DNA from: Candidatus Moranbacteria bacterium UBA4824
Lineage (GTDB): Bacteria; Patescibacteriota; Minisyncoccia; Moranbacterales; UBA2206
Direction: 5' to 3'
Length of the DNA stretch: 38,216 nt
Assembly: GCA_002400405.1 (NCBI GenBank)
Contig: DHFM01000052.1
Location: forward strand, 1-38,216
The translations under genes and the position numbers were made by a program. Below, piece by piece: positions 1 to 7,579 of the stretch; position 1 is the stretch's first letter; each line of letters starts with the position of its first letter. The notes beneath the pieces are model-generated. The model ran no database searches. It worked only from the letters and a program-made list of their open reading frames with translations, and was not told the origin of the DNA.

Positions 1-36
1 TCTAGTCTAGAGCCTTAAAAATTATACTAATTGACC

Positions 37-476
37 TAATTTCTAATTGTTCTAAATAAATCCCAATTTCAAAAATTATTTTTTCTTAAGCTTATTATTA
101 ATAGCATTAAATATAAGATTCAATTCTTTTGCTTCTTTCCACAAAATCCTAGCTTCTTCTTTTATTTCAATTTCTGCTATAACTAGCATCCTTAGCCAAT
201 GCTTACATTCTCTAGATTCTTTTTTGCATATACCTATTTTATGTTTAAAATCTTTTCCTGATTCGGCATCATCAGCTTCACTATAATTAGCCCCAACACT
301 AGTACCGGCCCTAACGAGCTGTGAAATCATTGGATTAGTTATTATATTTCGAGGAATTTTTTTACAAAATATAATTATGTTCTCACCAAATTTAGCAGTT
401 CTTTCCTCCAAATCATAAATCCTATTACTCATTTGTAGTTTTTAGACTAATTAGAAATTAGAATAATTAGAAATTA
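37..476. mobile_element. TIR-bounded mini-cassette carrying the four-helix-bundle gene
   Basis: taatttctaattgttctaa (37-55) is the reverse complement, with 1 mismatch, of ttagaataattagaaatta (458-476). The two arms bracket ORF 76-432. The right arm overlaps the stop codon (474-476) of the neighbouring phosphomannomutase gene. Confidence 0.5.
76..432 (-). CDS. four-helix-bundle protein (23S rRNA intervening-sequence protein / Avd-like family)
   Basis: 118 aa. The LEERTAKFGENII..CKK.P start and the QLVRAGTSVGANYSEA core are typical of this family (recalled, not searched). Confidence 0.7.
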   Translation of the reverse strand: MSNRIYDLEERTAKFGENIIIFCKKIPRNIITNPMISQLVRAGTSVGANYSEADDAESGKDFKHKIGICKKESRECKHWLRMLVIAEIEIKEEARILWKEAKELNLIFNAINNKLKKK

Positions 477-1823
477 TTTTCTTATCATCCCTAAAACTTC
501 CTCCCTCTTCTTCTCCATCATCTCCTCTGTCTTAGCTTCAAGATTTAGGCGAAGCACTGGTTCAGTATTGGAAGCGCGAACGCTAAACCACCAATCAGGA
601 AAATCAATTCTAATTCCATCCATTTTATCCAATTGTCCATCCGCATATTTTTCTTTTAGTTTTTCCATTACCACATTCTTATCCGCCACTTCGGAATTTA
701 TTTCTCCAGAGTGAAAATATCTTTTGAGATCTGCCACAAGCTCTGACATTTTCTGACCATTTTCGTTCATTAGATTAAGTAACATCAAAACTGCCAGCGT
801 GGCCATTTCAGCTTTGGAATTAGCTTCGAAAAAATAGTGACCAGAAAGTTCACCGGCAAAAATTGCCCCCTGCTCTCGCATTTGTTTTTTAATGAGAGAA
901 TGTCCCACTCGACAACGATTTACTTTTCCGCCTGCTTCTTCAATTACTTCTTTGACTGCATTGGAACTGCGAAGATCCATAAGAATGAGACTGCCAGGAT
1001 TTTTTTTGAGAACTTCCTTAGCTAAAAGGGCAATCATATAATCCATTGGCACTACCCCCCCTTTTTCATCTACAAAACCCACTCGATCCGCATCACCATC
1101 ATAAGAAATTCCCAAATCGGCATTTTTTTCTAAAACTGTTTTTTGTAAAGCTTCCAAAGTTTCAACTTTCAAAGGATTAGCTTCATGATTAGGAAAATTT
1201 CCATCCAGTTCAGAAAATAGATATTCGACTTCCAAATTTTCTGGAAATTTTTCAAACACTCCCTTCTCTACTGCTCCCATGCCATTACCAAAGTCAACTA
1301 TGATTTTCTTTTTAGCAAAATTTTTGTTAAAAAATCCCGCCGTATAATCAATATATTGATTTTTGATTTCAAAATTTTCTTCAACTTTTCCTTTGTTTTC
1401 GGCGTCAACAAATTCACCTTTTATGGCCAACTCTTTTATTTCCTCCATTCCGCTTCCCTCTCCAATCGGCACCGCACCTTTCCAGCAAAATTTCATTCCA
1501 TTATACTGCGCCGGATTGTGCGAAGCTGTGATGATAACCGCCGCATCCACCTCCATCTTCCAAGAAGAAAAATAAATCATCGGAGTTGAAACCAATCCAA
1601 TCTTCACCACGTCTGCTCCCTGATCAGCTATCCCTTTCACCAAAGCCTCTTCCATTTCAGGTGAAGATACACGCATATCGCTTCCCACTGCAATTTTTTT
1701 GGCCTTGGTAAATGTCACCAAGGCTCGACCGATATTATAAGCTGTTTCGCCATTTATCTCTGACGGATAAAGCCCACGAATGTCATAGGCTTTGAAAATT
1801 TTAGGATTTATTGCTTGTTTCAT
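474..1823 (-). CDS. phosphomannomutase/phosphoglucomutase (alpha-D-phosphohexomutase)
   Basis: 449 aa. Has FKAYDIRG at the N-terminus, the active-site TASHNP motif, the metal loop DGDADR and GELSGH. Confidence 0.9.
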   Translation of the reverse strand: MKQAINPKIFKAYDIRGLYPSEINGETAYNIGRALVTFTKAKKIAVGSDMRVSSPEMEEALVKGIADQGADVVKIGLVSTPMIYFSSWKMEVDAAVIITASHNPAQYNGMKFCWKGAVPIGEGSGMEEIKELAIKGEFVDAENKGKVEENFEIKNQYIDYTAGFFNKNFAKKKIIVDFGNGMGAVEKGVFEKFPENLEVEYLFSELDGNFPNHEANPLKVETLEALQKTVLEKNADLGISYDGDADRVGFVDEKGGVVPMDYMIALLAKEVLKKNPGSLILMDLRSSNAVKEVIEEAGGKVNRCRVGHSLIKKQMREQGAIFAGELSGHYFFEANSKAEMATLAVLMLLNLMNENGQKMSELVADLKRYFHSGEINSEVADKNVVMEKLKEKYADGQLDKMDGIRIDFPDWWFSVRASNTEPVLRLNLEAKTEEMMEKKREEVLGMIRK

Positions 1824-1892
1824 AGTTATAATTTAGTATTTATGCCTATATAATAGCATATCTTGAGTAATTTTTGAATTATTATTACGAAT

Positions 1893-3251
1893 ATGTATAT
1901 AAAATGCTATAATTTAACTATGGAAACTTTCATTTTGCCTTACAAGAAAAAACTTATCTTTCTCGCTCTCGGCGCTGAATCCGCTGGGAATTTTTCTGTT
2001 TTTAATAATGGAAAGATTTATTTTTCTGAAAACTTCGACGACCTCTTAGAAGAAAATAATTGGATAAAATATCAAGCATCAATTTTAAAATATTTGAGAG
2101 ATAATAAAATTAAGCCACAAATTATCTTAACTGATCTTCATCCCCTTTTCAAAACTACTCTTTGGGGAGAAAAGCTCGCCAAAAAATTTAGCGCCAAATT
2201 TGTTCAAGTCCAACATCACCACGCTCACATTTTCTCCGCCATTGGAGACAAAATTTTGCATAATGCTTCCTACTTACTACCTCCTACTTTCTACGGTATT
2301 ACTATGGACGGAACTGGTCTTGGAACGGATGAAAAAATTTGGGGAGGAGAGACTTTCAAAGTAGTAAGTAGCAAGAATAAAGTAGAAAGCATTGAAAGAA
2401 TTGGATATTTGGAAAATCAGGTTATGATTGGTGGGGATTTAGCAATAAAAGAACCTGCTAGAATGCTAATAAGTATTTTATATAAAGTTTTTTCTAATTC
2501 CTCCTCTCCCTTTGGGAGAGGATGTCGCGTACTCGCGACAGGAGAGGGTACAAGCAAAATACAACACAAAAAACTTATCTATAATTTCGTCAAAAAATAT
2601 TATACCAAAAACGAATTTGAACTTATCTACAATCAGCTTCAACAAAATTTCAACTGCCTCGAAACTTCTAGCACTGGGAGAGTTTTGGATGCTGTTTCAT
2701 TTTTATTGGGTTTTTGTGAAAACAAAAGAAATTACAAACACGAGCCAATCGATCTCTTGGAAAAAAATTCGACTAAGCCTTATTCTGAATTAAAACCAAG
2801 AATAATAATTTCAGAAAATAAATATGTCCTAGATACTACCTACTTATTTAATTACATAATTAAATACTTACACAAAAGAGATAAGTATCGCCTCACCACC
2901 ACCGCCCAACTTTATATTGCGGAAGGATTATATGAAATAGTAAAATTATCTTGTCATCCTGAGCGAAGTCCGTACTCGGACGAAGTCGAAGCCTGCCTGC
3001 CGGCGAGGCAGGGATCTACTAAATATTATAACCAACCAAACTACAACGCAGATTCTTCGACTTCCCCTTCGACTCGTTGCACTCGCTCAGGGTTCGCTCA
3101 GAATGACATATTTATCGCTGGTGGCTTAGCTAATAATAAAATAATTTCCGATTTTTTTATTTCTAAAGGCGCTTACGCTTCCAAGATAATCCCCCTCGGC
3201 GACGCCGGACTTTCTTTCGGGCAAATTATTTATTATCTTTTGCAAAAATAA
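1893..3251 (+). CDS. hypF: HypF-like protein, C-terminal (Kae1/ASKHA-like) half only; acylphosphatase, Zn-finger and YrdC domains absent
   Basis: 452 aa. Has LALGAE, DLHP....VQHHHAH, MDGTGLGTDEKIWGGE and a C-terminal AGGLANNK. The start could be the ATG at 1920. Contains two GC-rich palindromic in-frame inserts. Confidence 0.6.
   Translation: MYIKCYNLTMETFILPYKKKLIFLALGAESAGNFSVFNNGKIYFSENFDDLLEENNWIKYQASILKYLRDNKIKPQIILTDLHPLFKTTLWGEKLAKKFSAKFVQVQHHHAHIFSAIGDKILHNASYLLPPTFYGITMDGTGLGTDEKIWGGETFKVVSSKNKVESIERIGYLENQVMIGGDLAIKEPARMLISILYKVFSNSSSPFGRGCRVLATGEGTSKIQHKKLIYNFVKKYYTKNEFELIYNQLQQNFNCLETSSTGRVLDAVSFLLGFCENKRNYKHEPIDLLEKNSTKPYSELKPRIIISENKYVLDTTYLFNYIIKYLHKRDKYRLTTTAQLYIAEGLYEIVKLSCHPERSPYSDEVEACLPARQGSTKYYNQPNYNADSSTSPSTRCTRSGFAQNDIFIAGGLANNKIISDFFISKGAYASKIIPLGDAGLSFGQIIYYLLQK
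2503..2548. repeat. GC-rich nested palindrome inside the hypF-like ORF
   Basis: cctctccc-ttt-gggagagg, then tgtcgcg-tac-tcgcgaca, then ggagaggg. It encodes SSPFGRGCRVLATGEG within an otherwise AT-rich gene. Confidence 0.55.
2952..3108. repeat. TGTCAT-ended palindromic element (family E) inserted in-frame in the hypF-like ORF
   Basis: Termini tgtcatcctgagcgaa (2952-2967) and ttcgctcagaatgaca (3093-3108) are inverted repeats. Inside are gaagtcgaag/cttcgacttc pairs and a gcctgcctgccggcgaggcagg hairpin. It encodes CHPERS...SGFAQND between conserved HypF blocks. Confidence 0.7.
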
Positions 3252-3310
3252 AAGCCCCATACGATTTTGTAGAGGCTCCGGATTGTATTCGCCCAATCTG
3301 GTAGGCTTTT

Positions 3311-3334
3311 GTGGCGAGCTTGCCACCTTTTTGG
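3311..3334 (+). terminator. possible weak intrinsic terminator after the hypF-like gene
   Basis: gtggc-gagctt-gccac followed by cttttt. The stem is only 5 bp. Confidence 0.35.
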
Positions 3335-3363
3335 AAAAATAATAACCATATACTAAATCGGAA

Positions 3364-3777
3364 TTAAACTAATTCCAATTCGAGATCGGTCATGAGATTT
3401 ATAAGAAAATCCGTACCTTTTTGACCAACGCCAAATGGATTTCCAATGATCCTTTTTTGAATTTGATGTTTTTCAAAATTAATTAATGACAATTTAATAT
3501 TTTTATCCAATAGGCATGAAATTATAAAAGTTCTTTTAACTTCCATTTCGCTTATAATTCCTTTGGTCTTTTTTCTGGATTTATCAATATCTTCAAAATT
3601 GGTGTCCGTTATTAATTTTGTAAATAAATCACCGACACGATGTTCATTTTTCTCAATCAGATCTATCATCTGACTCAAATTAAAATTATTAGATAGATAA
3701 ACCCAATCAATGTTATTCCTAAAAAAAGACGCCACTGCGTGAGCTTGCTGAACCGTAATTCCTATTCCCATAATCAC
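3364..3777 (-). CDS. hypothetical protein (137 aa), last gene of the hyp-containing operon
   Basis: GTG start at 3777 sits 7 nt downstream of a GGAGG Shine-Dalgarno (cctcc at 3785-3789 on +). No family recognised. Confidence 0.5.
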   Translation of the reverse strand: MIMGIGITVQQAHAVASFFRNNIDWVYLSNNFNLSQMIDLIEKNEHRVGDLFTKLITDTNFEDIDKSRKKTKGIISEMEVKRTFIISCLLDKNIKLSLINFEKHQIQKRIIGNPFGVGQKGTDFLINLMTDLELELV

Positions 3778-3844
3778 TTTAATTCCTCCAAGTTTAATTC
3801 CCGCGTTAGGTTAAATTTATTTTAATTTTAAAAGAGCTATTGCT

Positions 3845-4855
3845 CTAGCAAATTCTTGGGATAAGTTTTCCCCTCGGCACTTCAATTTTTTTGACAGCGC
3901 CAATTTTGGTTTTCAGCCAAACTTCTTTCCCGTTTTGCACTTCTCCGACAATTCTAGCAGATTTATTATATTTTTTCAAAATTTCAATAACTTTTTTAGA
4001 ATTTTTTTTCGCCACTGTCGCTACAAACCTTCCCTCAGACGGGAAAGAAAAAAAATCAATGCCAAGTAGTTCTGAAATAGCCATGGTTTCTTTTTTAAAT
4101 GGCAAAGTTTTTTCATCCAGTACAAATTTAGTTTTGGATTTTTGGGCCATTTCATTGAGCACCGCAGACAGTCCACCGCGCGTTGGATCTTTGCAGGAAG
4201 TTAGATATTTTGAGACTGCTTGAATTTCCTGCAGGAGTGGCTGGCAATCACTTTTTATTTTTGTTTGGTAGTTAAACCTCTTAGCCAAAAGCGCCACAGC
4301 ATGTTCGCCCAAATCACCAGAAACGATTATGTCATCGCCGACCTTTGCGCCGTCATTAGAAATTATTTTAGAAGCAAGCCCTACTCCAGAAGTAGTAATT
4401 TCAATTTTGTCGATTTTTCCTTTTTCCGTCACCTTAGTGTCCCCTGTCACAATCGGCACGCCCGTAATTTTTGAAACATTTTGAATGGAATTTATTATTT
4501 TCTCTAAGTCACTTTCCAAAAATCCCTCCTCAATCACAATACTTAGTGACAATCCAATTGGCTTAGCTCCCATCACCGACAAATCATTTAGTGTTCCACA
4601 AATCGCAATCTTTCCAATATCTCCACCAGAGAAAAACAGTGGGTCAACAATAAAAGCGTCTGTGGTAAATACTAATTTATTGCACCCCGTAGAGACGCAA
4701 AATTTTGCGTCTCTACCTAAATCGTAGATTGCCCCATCATCCTTAGTGTTCTTCCACTTCCCTTTCACGCTCAAAATTTTCCTTATATTTCCAATAAGTT
4801 CTTCTGATTTTTTTCCGCCTCCGCCCATTTCCAATTCGATTATTTTATTTTTCAT
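3845..4855 (-). CDS. hypE: hydrogenase expression/formation protein HypE
   Basis: PurM/AIR-synthase-like fold motifs and the C-terminal PRIC typical of HypE. The ATG at 4855 (MKNKIIELEMGGGG) lies 4 nt after the hypD stop. The longer ORF call to 4975 overlaps hypD and is rejected. Confidence 0.88.
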   Translation of the reverse strand: MKNKIIELEMGGGGKKSEELIGNIRKILSVKGKWKNTKDDGAIYDLGRDAKFCVSTGCNKLVFTTDAFIVDPLFFSGGDIGKIAICGTLNDLSVMGAKPIGLSLSIVIEEGFLESDLEKIINSIQNVSKITGVPIVTGDTKVTEKGKIDKIEITTSGVGLASKIISNDGAKVGDDIIVSGDLGEHAVALLAKRFNYQTKIKSDCQPLLQEIQAVSKYLTSCKDPTRGGLSAVLNEMAQKSKTKFVLDEKTLPFKKETMAISELLGIDFFSFPSEGRFVATVAKKNSKKVIEILKKYNKSARIVGEVQNGKEVWLKTKIGAVKKIEVPRGKLIPRIC

Positions 4856-4859
4856 AATT

Positions 4860-5894
4860 TTATTCAGTGAAACGAAAATTAATATTACATGACCCTTCCC
4901 TCGAAACCATACAAGCGCCCTGTGGATTATCCGGTGTGCAAACTTTTCCAAACAATGGACACTGCTTTGATTCAATTAGCCCTTGCAAAACTTCTCCGCA
5001 ACGACAGGCGCTTTTCCTGGGTTTAATCTCTTTTTTTATTTTTGCAATTAATTCTTTATGAATAAATTCAGCATCGATATTTTGATATTTTTTTCGAATT
5101 TTCAATCCGGAATTTTTAATCTCTCCCAATCCTCTCCAGGAAGCGTTTCTTATTTCAAAAACTTCCGAGATTATTTTTTGCGCTTTTTTATTACCTGTCT
5201 TTTTCACCAGACTTATATATTCATTTTCTACCTTTTTTTCTCCGGTAATTATTTGTTCTAGGAGCATTTCAATCGCCAAGAGAACATCCTCCGCGCTAAA
5301 TCCAGCCACTACTTGCGGGATTTTGAATTTTTCATAAGCTTTCATTCCGATAATGGCGCTCACATGCCCAGGATTGATAAAACCATTAATTCTAATTTTA
5401 TTATTTTCTAGTAGTGCCTCCATCGCCGGCGGAAAAAGTTTGTGTGAAGAGAAAACTGTAAGACCCTGTTGAATCCCCCAAGCCGTCATTACAGTTGTTG
5501 TTTCAAAACCAATTCCCCAAAAAACCAAATTAGGAATTTTTCTGGAAAGTTCCAGCGCTTCAGCCACATCATAAACAATGAAAATTTGTGCGCCCTTTTG
5601 CCGAGCATTTTCCAAGCTCCCTAAACTTCCTGGGATATTAGTGGCGTCGCCATAACAAGCAATCGGAATTCCTGAAAGCGCCAATCCCGCTACCACATCA
5701 ATTTCACCTTGATCCGTCACGCAAACTGGACAACCAGGACCAGTGATGAGTTTGATATTTTCTGGTAAAATATTTTTTATTCCGTGTTTGGCAATCGCTT
5801 CACTATGCGTCCCGCAAAGTTCCATAAATCGAAGTGGCCGATTTATTATTCGTACCTTTTCTTGAATGTTTTTCAAAATCTTTTTATATTCCAT
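4860..5894 (-). CDS. hypD: hydrogenase formation protein HypD
   Basis: 344 aa. Has MELCGTH, GPGCPVCVT, FETT and the C-terminal Cys cluster CRCGEVLQG...CPLFG..CTP..P.GACMVS.EGSC. Confidence 0.9.
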   Translation of the reverse strand: MEYKKILKNIQEKVRIINRPLRFMELCGTHSEAIAKHGIKNILPENIKLITGPGCPVCVTDQGEIDVVAGLALSGIPIACYGDATNIPGSLGSLENARQKGAQIFIVYDVAEALELSRKIPNLVFWGIGFETTTVMTAWGIQQGLTVFSSHKLFPPAMEALLENNKIRINGFINPGHVSAIIGMKAYEKFKIPQVVAGFSAEDVLLAIEMLLEQIITGEKKVENEYISLVKKTGNKKAQKIISEVFEIRNASWRGLGEIKNSGLKIRKKYQNIDAEFIHKELIAKIKKEIKPRKSACRCGEVLQGLIESKQCPLFGKVCTPDNPQGACMVSREGSCNINFRFTE

Positions 5895-5910
5895 AGTTAC
5901 AATAAATTGG

Positions 5911-5979
5911 TGTCATGCTGAATTTATTTCAGCATCTGGTTTTTTACACATAAGATCCTGAAACGAGTTCAGGATGACA
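5911..5979. repeat. TGTCAT-ended palindromic element (family E, short form)
   Basis: tgtcatgctgaa (5911-5922) versus ttcaggatgaca (5968-5979). Internal hairpins are atgctgaa/ttcagcat and atcctgaa/ttcaggat. The right arm supplies the last codons and the stop (5969-5971) of hypC. Confidence 0.65.
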
Positions 5980-6172
5980 AAAGATAAGTTTCAATTTCTC
6001 TCACATTATCTTTCCCCATTTTTTCAATCGCAAAACCAGCGTGCACCATCACATAATCTCCAACCTTAACATCCACAATACTAATATTTATTTCTTTTTT
6101 GACGCCTTGAAAATCAACTTCGGCTAGTTGATTTTTTATTTTTATAATTTTTCCTGGGATTGCTAAACACAT
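5969..6172 (-). CDS. hypC: hydrogenase assembly chaperone HypC/HupF
   Basis: 67 aa starting with the canonical MCLAIPGKI. Confidence 0.85.
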   Translation of the reverse strand: MCLAIPGKIIKIKNQLAEVDFQGVKKEINISIVDVKVGDYVMVHAGFAIEKMGKDNVREIETYLLSS

Positions 6173-6427
6173 TTACCCTATTAAGTAAGATTTGAGCCTA
6201 CTTTTTATATATCGCTTGCCGTAAATAGTTTTTAGATACTTTTCTCTTTTAGTAGCATCTTGTTGATTTAGGCAAGCTTCATAATATATAAGGCTTAGTG
6301 GTGTTCTATTTTTCGTAGAAAGCACTAGCCCCTTGTTATGTTGCTCAAATCTTAATTTTAAATTTTTAGTATAACCTACATAATTTTTGTCATCTTTTTT
6401 ACTTTTCAAAACATAGACATACTGCAT
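6173..6427 (-). CDS. small GIY-YIG nuclease family protein (UPF0213/YhbQ-like)
   Basis: 84 aa. Has YVYVL...YVGYT...RFEQHN...REKYLK, which covers the GIY, YIG, Arg and Glu positions. Its stop abuts the hypC start with 0 nt spacer. Confidence 0.8.
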   Translation of the reverse strand: MQYVYVLKSKKDDKNYVGYTKNLKLRFEQHNKGLVLSTKNRTPLSLIYYEACLNQQDATKREKYLKTIYGKRYIKSRLKSYLIG

Positions 6428-6466
6428 GCAAATTTGGCTAAAAATTTAAAATTTACTTAATAGGGT
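6175..6466. mobile_element. TIR-bounded GIY-YIG mini-cassette
   Basis: accctattaagtaa (6175-6188) and ttacttaatagggt (6453-6466) form a perfect 14-bp inverted repeat bracketing the GIY-YIG ORF. The right TIR encodes the last residues and stop (HPIK*) of ORF 6453-7490. Confidence 0.7.
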
Positions 6467-7490
6467 GAATTTTTCCCTTCCCTATCTTCTCCTTATTCCT
6501 CACCAATCTCGCCACTTCTCTTTCGCTAAGCACATAATCCAAATATTTTCCTAAATTTTTCTTTTTATAAATTTTAGAGGAAATAAAAAATATCACAATA
6601 TTATCTGGATTTATTTTTTCATGTTTAGCATATTCTATTTTAATCTTTCTTATTATTTCATCTTCTAAATTTTCTTTTTCAACTTCAACAATTTTTTCAA
6701 AACCCAATTCAGTCAATAACTTTTTCAAATTTTTTTCGGGCGTAATATCGGTCAATTGTTTTTTTATTTTTTCTTTTATGTCAATATCCAAAACAGCCAC
6801 CGAAAATTTTTCAAGATTATCCAAATCATCAATTATTTTCACATAATCATTTTTGTCTGTGAGTGCTCCTGTCGGACAAACTTCAATACATTTTCCGCAA
6901 AAACTACAGTCCAGAACTTTTTCATAAGGCGTCCCAACCACCACTGCGCTTCCACGATGATTAAAACCAAACTTTTTTTCTGGGCAAATATTAATACATC
7001 TTCGACATTCAATACAAAGTTCAGAGTTTCTTGATATACAAGGATTCTCATTTTCCACCACCACTCGTGACCAATTATCGCGAATTAAATCCAACTCTTC
7101 TTGTCCAGTTATTTCTCCTTTCCTTGGAATGAAATGAAAGTTTTCAATTTTATATTCCAACGCCAATTTCTGCAGTTCGCACATTAGATTTTTTTTGCAA
7201 GTGGCGCATTTTCCCGCGTGATCCGCCCAAAGTAGTTCCAGATTTATTCTTCTTGCTTTATTTATATCTTCACTTTCAGTAATCACTTCTAAACCTTCGC
7301 AAACCTTTGCCGTGCAAGAAGTAGTTAATCTTCCACCAATTTCCACCAAACATAACCGACAAACCGCGCCTCGCAAAAGATCTTCAAAAGCACAAAGCGT
7401 GGGAATTCTAATTCCTTCTCGTCGACACACATCCAAAACAGTTTCGTTTTCTTTGGCTTCGTAAATTTTATTGTTTATTTTAATATCCAT
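6453..7490 (-). CDS. HydA/HndD-like iron-sulfur protein: 2Fe-2S, His-ligated 4Fe-4S and two 4Fe-4S ferredoxin domains, plus a degenerate truncated remnant of the [FeFe]-hydrogenase H-domain
   Basis: N-terminus matches the NuoG/HydA F-domain (C..C..C, HAGKCATCKKNLMCELQ, CIECRRCINICP, CSFCGKCIEVCPTGAL). The C-terminal 130 aa align by eye to CpI blocks (LGFEKI, NPDNIVIFFISSKIYKKK versus DPKNVFTVTVMPCTSKKFE, LDYVLSEREVARLV versus IDAVITTRELAKMI). It lacks TSCCPGW, the MPC Cys and the CxxGGCxxGGGQP motif. Confidence 0.7.
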   Translation of the reverse strand: MDIKINNKIYEAKENETVLDVCRREGIRIPTLCAFEDLLRGAVCRLCLVEIGGRLTTSCTAKVCEGLEVITESEDINKARRINLELLWADHAGKCATCKKNLMCELQKLALEYKIENFHFIPRKGEITGQEELDLIRDNWSRVVVENENPCISRNSELCIECRRCINICPEKKFGFNHRGSAVVVGTPYEKVLDCSFCGKCIEVCPTGALTDKNDYVKIIDDLDNLEKFSVAVLDIDIKEKIKKQLTDITPEKNLKKLLTELGFEKIVEVEKENLEDEIIRKIKIEYAKHEKINPDNIVIFFISSKIYKKKNLGKYLDYVLSEREVARLVRNKEKIGKGKIHPIK

Positions 7491-7515
7491 AAATCATACT
7501 AGTATATTAGCATAC

Positions 7516-7579
7516 TAACATTTTAACAAATTTAACACTAGAAAATATTGCTTTTTTGTTAATATGTTAAAATGTTAAG
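7516..7579. repeat. AT-rich intercistronic hairpin
   Basis: taacattttaaca (within 7516-7537) pairs with tgttaaaatgtta (within 7558-7579). The right arm includes the last codons and stop of the nuoF-like gene. Confidence 0.45.

Noticed and set aside
1-36. Window-initial tctagtctagagcc resembling the ctagt core of the family E element at 14800-14907
   Set aside because: The match is too short and is truncated by the window edge to call as a repeat copy.
3126-3326. 66-aa minus-strand ORF overlapping the hypF-like 3' end and terminator region
   Set aside because: It overlaps the hypF-like coding sequence in antisense, has no Shine-Dalgarno and no recognisable domain. It is most likely spurious.
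4856-4975. N-terminal 40-aa extension of the hypE ORF call, plus similar extensions of secY (17777-17812), rpsG (37484-37540), fba (10311-10322), adk (16382-16390) and rpmC (22577-22594)
   Set aside because: The extensions overlap the upstream gene or run into repeat elements. They use non-ATG or non-conserved starts and are absent from the canonical N-termini of these families. Downstream ATGs give textbook N-termini.
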